Shown piece by piece: positions 25,060 through 30,117 of a DNA stretch of 64,000 nucleotides. Under the pieces are notes generated by a model. It was not told the origin of the DNA. It ran no database searches and saw only the letters and a program-made list of their open reading frames with translations. The position numbers and the translations under genes are program-made. The stretch covers positions 2,111-66,110 of the forward strand of contig JBAXUY010000004.1 of the NCBI GenBank assembly GCA_037129475.1. The letters run 5' to 3'. Numbering within the stretch: position 1 is the first letter of the stretch; the number at the start of each line of letters is the position of its first letter. This DNA is from Planctomycetia bacterium. Its GTDB lineage: Bacteria > Planctomycetota > Planctomycetia > Pirellulales > UBA1268.

Positions 25060-25779
25060 ATGCCCACCTCCCTCGTCTCCGGCGGATCGCGTGGGCTCGG
25101 GCTGGCTGTCGTGGAGCGGCTGCTCGAGCGGGGCGACCGCGTGGCCACGTTCTCGCGGTCCGGCTCCGAGAGCCTGGCGAAGCTCGTCGCCCGGCATCCG
25201 GGCCGGCTGCACGCTGAAACGCTCGACGCCGCCGACGGCGCCGCCGTGCGCGGCTTCGTGGACCGTGTGGCTGCCACATTTGGCTCGATCGACCACTGCG
25301 TTGCGAATGCGGCGATCGCCCACGAGGGCGTGCTCGCCACGATGGCCGACGCCGAGATCGACGCGATGCTCGCGGTGAACCTCCGCGGCTCGATCGTGCT
25401 CGTGCGCGAGGTGGTGCGGCAGATGCTCGTGGGTGCGGAGCAGCCGTCGATCACGCTCGTCTCATCGGTGGTGGCCGCGCAGGGCAGCCCTGGGCTCGCC
25501 GTCTACGCGGCCACGAAAGCCGGCCTCGAAGGCTTTGCCCGGAGCCTGGCCCGCGAGCTCGGGCCGCGGGGCATTCGCGTCAATGCAGTCGCCCCGGGCT
25601 TTCTCGAAACAGATCTCTCCGCGTCCCTCTCAGCGGAAAACCGTAGCCGCATCGCCCGGCGCACGCCACTCGGCCGCCTCGGTCTACCGGCCGACGTGGT
25701 GGGCGCGATCGATTTCCTCTCAAGCCCCCGCGCCAGCTTCATCACGGGCCAAGTGCTCACAATCGCCGGCGGCGCGTAA
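25060..25779 (+). CDS. Short-chain dehydrogenase/reductase (FabG-like)
   Basis: It has the SGGSRGLGLAV cofactor motif, the YAATKAGLEGFARSLA catalytic YxxxK, and VNAVAPGFLETDL. Confidence 0.9.
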   Translation: MPTSLVSGGSRGLGLAVVERLLERGDRVATFSRSGSESLAKLVARHPGRLHAETLDAADGAAVRGFVDRVAATFGSIDHCVANAAIAHEGVLATMADAEIDAMLAVNLRGSIVLVREVVRQMLVGAEQPSITLVSSVVAAQGSPGLAVYAATKAGLEGFARSLARELGPRGIRVNAVAPGFLETDLSASLSAENRSRIARRTPLGRLGLPADVVGAIDFLSSPRASFITGQVLTIAGGA

Positions 25780-25780
25780 C

Positions 25781-25905
25781 GTAGCGACAGGCCTCCAGGC
25801 CTGCCGAATGTGTCTGGCGTAGCGACAGGCCTCCAGGCCTGTCGAATGTGTCTGGCGTAGCGACGGGCCTCCTGGACTGTCAACGGACAGGCGACTTGCC
25901 TTTCC
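25781..25905 (+). repeat. Tandem REP array: 3 A units at a 38-nt period (third degenerate) plus a decayed B-like remnant
   Basis: A-unit starts at 25781, 25819 and 25857, each followed by the linker aatgtgtctggc. The array ends with acggacaggcgacttgcc. Confidence 0.9.
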
Positions 25906-25940
25906 TGCGCCCGCGCGAAAGAGCATCGCCACGTGAGGGC

Positions 25941-26250
25941 TCAATACACCTCGTCATGCGTCCCAACGGTGAGCAGCGTGATCGTCTCAGCCTCAACGCC
26001 ACGGATCACTTCAGGCGGCCCCACCTCGAACACGATTCGAATGCTATACGTAACGCTACACGCCCAACATCCTTGAAGATCCCCTCGGAGCTTGTGGGAT
26101 TTCAACGACGGGGGCAAACATGTCGGCTTCAAGAAGTTCCACAGCATCCCGAATCTGCTTGCCGAGATCTGGAGAGTGCTTCGAAGCACGTTTCGCAGAA
26201 CGGCGAAACGTGGCTGTGACGTAAACGTGGCGAACCGAGCTTTCGGACAT
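25941..26250 (-). pseudogene. RelE/ParE-family toxin gene interrupted by a frameshift
   Basis: The N-terminal half (MSESSVRHVYVTATFRRSAKRASKHSPDLGKQIRDAVELLEADMFAP) is in one frame (track ORF 26056..26253). The C-terminal half (SLKSHKLRGDLQGCWACSVTYSIRIVFEV...LLTVGTHDEVY) is in another (track ORF 25941..26189). The switch falls at a G5 run at 26110-26114. Confidence 0.65.
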
Positions 26251-26465
26251 CAATTCTCGAGATCTTTCGCGATCTCATCGAGATTGAGAAGGCTAGCCCT
26301 GCCAGCAGCACGGTCAGCGCGTGCCTCGCGTACATCAGCCACAACACGCTCCCGTTCGCGCTCAACAAGCCGACGCCGAACGAGGTGGACGAGTTCAGCC
26401 TGCTCGTCGACGGATAGCCGATCAACTGCTTCGAGGACTTCGTCGAACGCCAGTTTTCGAATCAT
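26250..26465 (-). CDS. Antitoxin partner of the RelE-like gene (71 aa)
   Basis: The ATG at 26465 gives MIRKLAFDEVLEAVDRLSVDEQAELVHLVRRRL... Its TGA shares one nucleotide with the toxin ATG (TGATG). The longer track ORF start at 26600 lies in repeat DNA. Confidence 0.6.
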   Translation of the reverse strand: MIRKLAFDEVLEAVDRLSVDEQAELVHLVRRRLVERERERVVADVREARADRAAGRASLLNLDEIAKDLEN

Positions 26466-26519
26466 GCTTTGAGCCTCCGGACATCCTGCGGTTATAAGTG
26501 TACGGAAGTCTATCTTCTG

Positions 26520-26570
26520 GTCAACGCCATCGCCCCCGGGTTTCTCGAAACAGACCTCTCCGCCTCGTAG
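26520..26570 (+). pseudogene. Orphan fragment of an SDR gene (VNAIAPGFLETDLSAS-stop)
   Basis: The 51-nt stretch translates to 15 of 16 residues identical to VNAVAPGFLETDLSAS of the intact SDR at about 25579-25626. It has no start codon and no upstream coding context. Confidence 0.6.
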
Positions 26571-26578
26571 CCCCAGTG

Positions 26579-26632
26579 GGGCAAGCGTCTCGCTTGCCAT
26601 GCATTCCCGTGGGACAGGCGTCCCGCCTGTCC
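26579..26632 (+). repeat. Two further GC-rich hairpins with GTGG heads (different REP-like classes)
   Basis: The hairpins are GTGG-ggcaagcg-tct-cgcttgcc (26579-26597) and GTG-ggacaggcg-tcc-cgcctgtcc (26612-26632). Confidence 0.75.
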
Positions 26633-26805
26633 GAAGAAAACGCCCAATGGACAGCCGAGACAGCTATCCCACGCACTGCACCAACAGAGCCCTGTCTCTA
26701 CGGTTCACGCAGCGCCGCGAAACTGTTCGATTGTCATTGCTCGCCTCCTTTCGCTGTTGCACCCCGTCTTCCGACACCATGCGTATACGCCTGCTTGGCG
26801 TAGCT

Positions 26806-27018
26806 TCACGCCGCCTGCAAGGGCTCGATTGTGTTCACGTGAATAAGGACGCAATGCACCGCCCGATTCTCTTCGGGATATCCGAGAATCACCTTCGTCT
26901 TCATCACGATCGCGCATTCCGGATGCCGCACCTCGTGGACCTCGCCGTTCGACATGCGGATCGCGAAGGGCTCGAATGGCTGCCGTCGCAGGAATTCGCG
27001 AATCGTGTCGGGATTCAT
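26806..27018 (-). CDS. Small hypothetical protein (70 aa)
   Basis: This is a clean ATG-to-stop ORF with protein-like composition (MNPDTIREFLRRQPFEPFAIRMSNGEVHEVRHPE...). I recognise no function. Confidence 0.55.
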   Translation of the reverse strand: MNPDTIREFLRRQPFEPFAIRMSNGEVHEVRHPECAIVMKTKVILGYPEENRAVHCVLIHVNTIEPLQAA

Positions 27019-27133
27019 GGCGTTGCTCCTTCAAGAAATGGACGCCCGTACATCATACGCTAACGGCGGTCAAGCAACAAGTCATTTCAGAACGCCGGCG
27101 TAGCCTGCAGGGCTGCCGCCCGACGGGTGTATC

Positions 27134-27622
27134 ATGGCTCGCATGAACGCCACGCCGCTGCTCTCGCAAATCCTCCGGGCTCTGCACGAGCATCGGCTTG
27201 AAGCCGTGCTCATCGGCAACGCTGCTGCGGCCGTTCACGGCGCCCCGGTCACCACGCTCGACTTCGACTTCATGTTCCGCGACACCCCCACGAACATGCG
27301 CAAGCTCAAGGCAATCGCCACGGACTTGCGGGCCACGATCCTACGGCCTTTTTATCCAGTCTCGAAGCTCTACCGGGTCGTCAATGAAGACTCCGGCCTG
27401 CAGGCCGATTTCATGCCGGTCATTCATGGTGTGCGCTCCTTTGAGGGGCTACGCTCGCGGGCTGACGCCCGTGATATCGATGGGCTTCGTCTGCTCGTAG
27501 CATCTCTCGACGATATCATTGCAAGCAAGAAAGCTGCGGGCCGTGATCGCGACAAAGCCGTGCTGTCTATTCTGGAACAAACCCGAAAGTCTGCACGCAA
27601 GCGAGGCGCCAATGGCTCGTAA
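27134..27622 (+). CDS. Nucleotidyltransferase-fold protein of unknown function (putative TA/defence component)
   Basis: 162 aa. The segment LEAVLIGNAAAAVHGAPVTTLDFDFMF resembles the beta-strand/GxxA..D.D core of small NTase-fold proteins, and the C-terminus has DDIIASKKAAGRDRD. Confidence 0.6.
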   Translation: MARMNATPLLSQILRALHEHRLEAVLIGNAAAAVHGAPVTTLDFDFMFRDTPTNMRKLKAIATDLRATILRPFYPVSKLYRVVNEDSGLQADFMPVIHGVRSFEGLRSRADARDIDGLRLLVASLDDIIASKKAAGRDRDKAVLSILEQTRKSARKRGANGS

Positions 27623-27794
27623 GAAGCGAGAGCGGGCATCCGAGAGCGCCACGCGGGCAAAGAGTCTTGCCGCTCTCAAAGCCGAGAGCGAGCGGCAGCT
27701 CGACGATCTGATCCAGCGGCGGCTGGCCTTGCCGCTGGAAAAGCGGATGAACTTCCTGCGCCGACGCCTCCCCGGCGGCGGTAGCAGCCTGTAG
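27612..27794 (+). CDS. Small basic ORF overlapping the end of the NTase-fold gene (possible partner)
   Basis: The ATG at 27612 gives MARKKRERASESATRAKSLAALKAESERQLDDLIQRRLALPLEKR... It overlaps the upstream gene by 11 nt. Support is weak: there are no recognisable motifs. Confidence 0.3.
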   Translation: MARKKRERASESATRAKSLAALKAESERQLDDLIQRRLALPLEKRMNFLRRRLPGGGSSL

Positions 27795-27834
27795 GGCGAG
27801 CGTCCCACGGCCATTCCGCGAGTACAATCCCGGC

Positions 27835-28173
27835 ATGCCTCGCCCCGCCGCCACTCCCGCGCCGCGCACGCCGTTCGAGGAGCGGTATCTCGCGCTCGCC
27901 AAGCAGATCTGCCTGACGATGATCCCCGACCCGCGCTACGAGATCTTTCTCTTCGGCTCCCGCGCACGGGGCCACTGCGAGCATGCGAGCGACGTGGATA
28001 TCGGCGTCGCAGGCCCTGAGCCGATTCCGGAAGGCGTGCTGCGGCTGATGGGCGCGCTCGACGAGTCTGACGTACCCTGGCGGTGCCAGGTGATCGACTT
28101 CGCGCTCGTCACCGATGAGAAGTTTCGGACACACGCCTACGAAGGCCGAGAGATATGGCGAGCGGCGAACTAG
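27835..28173 (+). CDS. Minimal nucleotidyltransferase (MNT, HI0073-like antitoxin)
   Basis: It has the motif LFGSRARGHCEHASDVDIGV and overlaps the downstream HEPN gene by 19 nt. Confidence 0.85.
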   Translation: MPRPAATPAPRTPFEERYLALAKQICLTMIPDPRYEIFLFGSRARGHCEHASDVDIGVAGPEPIPEGVLRLMGALDESDVPWRCQVIDFALVTDEKFRTHAYEGREIWRAAN

Positions 28174-28562
28174 GCTACGACAACCTGCAGCGGGCGCTGC
28201 GAGGCTTCGAACAGGCCCTGTCGCTCGACGGCAGCGGCTATCCAGACTTTGTGCGCGACGTGCTCGACAACGGCCGTATCAAGAAATTCGAGTATTGCGT
28301 CGAACTCTTCTGGAAATACCTGCGCTCGTGCCTGATCGCCGAAGGACGCGACGTGCCGAACAGCCCACGGGGAGCGATCAAGGCGGCCCTCGACCGCGGC
28401 TTTATCCTGGAGGCAGAGTATCAGCCAGCCCTCGACATGTTCACCGACCGCAACACGTGCAGCCACATCTACAAGCAGGCGTTGATCCCGGTCATTATCG
28501 CCCGCCTCCCAGCCCACGCCGCCGTGATGCAAGCCATCGCCGCCCGCCTGCCGACCACGTAG
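28155..28562 (+). CDS. HI0074-family nucleotidyltransferase substrate-binding (HEPN) protein
   Basis: It has RIKKFEYCVELFWKYLRSCL...SPRGAIKAALDRGFI...FTDRNTCSHIY (Rx4H-like). Its stop TAG lies in a GTAGCGAC repeat head. Confidence 0.85.
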   Translation: MASGELGYDNLQRALRGFEQALSLDGSGYPDFVRDVLDNGRIKKFEYCVELFWKYLRSCLIAEGRDVPNSPRGAIKAALDRGFILEAEYQPALDMFTDRNTCSHIYKQALIPVIIARLPAHAAVMQAIAARLPTT

Positions 28563-28622
28563 CGACAGGCCTCCAGGCCTGTCGAATGGACATCACGTAG
28601 CGACAGGCCTCCAGGGCTGTCG
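28559..28622 (+). repeat. Two A-type REP units at a 38-nt period
   Basis: Unit starts at 28559 and 28597; the second has one arm mismatch (ccagggctgtcg). Confidence 0.9.
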
Positions 28623-28645
28623 AATGCGTCTGGCGGAACTGGAAC

Positions 28646-29887
28646 TTACGGCCTGTCTGGAAACAACCCCGGCATCCACTGAGATGCCAGCGCCGTCGGG
28701 AAAGCAAACCGCAGCGGCGCCCGCGGCGAGGCCGATGTCACGACTCCGTGCGTCTGCAGGGCAGCCGTAATCCTCCGCGCCGTGCGCTCGCTCGTCGCCG
28801 CGAGCATCGGGATGTCGCCACGTGGCACTTCCCCTCGGTTGAGCAAGGATTCCACGACGGCCAAGGCATGAGGGGGCAGTGTTCCCTTCCGGATCTCATC
28901 CTGAGTCCACAGAATCACGCGCTGGCGGAGCCGATCGGGCTGCACCAACGACGCCATGAAGGTGATCTGATCGAGGCAGACGCGCAGGAAAAACTCCGCG
29001 AAATCAGCCAGGCATTCCGTGCTGAGATTGCCGCGGCCATCGAGACCGCCGTGTCGAAGCTCGTCGCATCGTTCCAGATGCTCCTTGTATTCCGACTCGC
29101 GGCGAGCGAGCCCGCGGGCTATCGACCAGATGCCACCCGTCTCGAGGGCGTCTCGCAGCATGGCATGAGACATCAGTCGCGCAACCCGGCCATTGCCGTC
29201 CGTGAACGGATGGATCCAAAGCAGTCGATGGTGGGCGGTGGCGGCGGCAATGATGGAATCGATCGCCCCCAGCGCTGCGTACGCTTGCTGGAACCTTTCC
29301 ATGAATCGCGGTACGGCTCCGGGGCTGATCGCGACATGCCGTCCGACCGCCACCTGGGTTGTGCGGAATTCGCCCGGCTGAACGGCAGTCCGTGAACCGT
29401 CAGGGTTCGTGATCCACAGAAGATCGTCGGGCAGAAGGGAACAGAACCGTCGATGGATCTCGCGGACTGCAGCTTGCGTGGTAGGTCTTCCGGCGACTCC
29501 GTCTGCGTCGATCCAGGCCTGAACCTCCACGTGCGCCCGGGCTTCGAGCTGCAGGGTTCGTTTCGGGAGATCTTGGCTGTAGTCGTTGCGCAGAGCCCGT
29601 TCAATATCGATCGGATGCGTATCGTGGCCTTCGATCAGGTTGCTGTAGTAGCAGTTCATCGCCCGCACCATGTCGGCGATCGCGGGCACGATCCCGGGCG
29701 GGAGGCTGCTCCGAAGTGCGGCTGACGCTCCCACGACGGTCACTGCCAAGTCGGCCAGATCGTCGCGGCGCTGCTGTGGCTCGCGGACGAGCATCGGCTC
29801 CATCAGGCTGGATGATTCGCCCCGGTCAAAGGCCGGCTCGACAGGCGGCATGTTGGCCGGTTTCTTGGCCGGCTCGTCGCTCGTCAT
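28646..29887 (-). CDS. Fic/DOC family protein (AMPylase-type)
   Basis: 413 aa with the canonical Fic motif HPFTDGNGRVARLM and a C-terminal winged-helix-like tail. Confidence 0.9.
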   Translation of the reverse strand: MTSDEPAKKPANMPPVEPAFDRGESSSLMEPMLVREPQQRRDDLADLAVTVVGASAALRSSLPPGIVPAIADMVRAMNCYYSNLIEGHDTHPIDIERALRNDYSQDLPKRTLQLEARAHVEVQAWIDADGVAGRPTTQAAVREIHRRFCSLLPDDLLWITNPDGSRTAVQPGEFRTTQVAVGRHVAISPGAVPRFMERFQQAYAALGAIDSIIAAATAHHRLLWIHPFTDGNGRVARLMSHAMLRDALETGGIWSIARGLARRESEYKEHLERCDELRHGGLDGRGNLSTECLADFAEFFLRVCLDQITFMASLVQPDRLRQRVILWTQDEIRKGTLPPHALAVVESLLNRGEVPRGDIPMLAATSERTARRITAALQTHGVVTSASPRAPLRFAFPTALASQWMPGLFPDRP

Positions 29888-29987
29888 AACGCCATCCCAG
29901 CAAGCGGTTTATGGATTGCCTGAGCACCGGCGGGCCGGTCTCATGGCCGCTTCATGATACCCCGGCCATCGCCCGCCTGCCGACCAC

Positions 29988-30117
29988 GTAGCGACAGGCC
30001 TCCAGGCCTGTCGAATGCACGTCATGTAGCGACGGGCCTCCAGGCCTGTCGAATGGACGTCACGTAGCGACAGGCCTCCAGGCCTGTCGACGGACAGGGC
30101 TGGAGCCCTGTCGCTAC
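29988..30117 (+). repeat. Tandem REP array: 3 A units (38-nt period) plus an inverted B' unit
   Basis: A-unit starts at 29988, 30026 and 30064; the B' unit is ggacagggctggagccctgtcgctac at 30092-30117. Its CTA (30114-30116) is the TAG stop of the PEP-CTERM gene. Confidence 0.95.

Noticed and set aside
28533-30017. Reading the direct repeats around the Fic gene as the target-site duplication of a classical transposon.
   Set aside because: At 53-56 bp they are far longer than usual TSDs, and they consist partly of a REP unit. There are no terminal inverted repeats or transposase. Homologous or REP-mediated recombination is more plausible (reported as a finding in that form).
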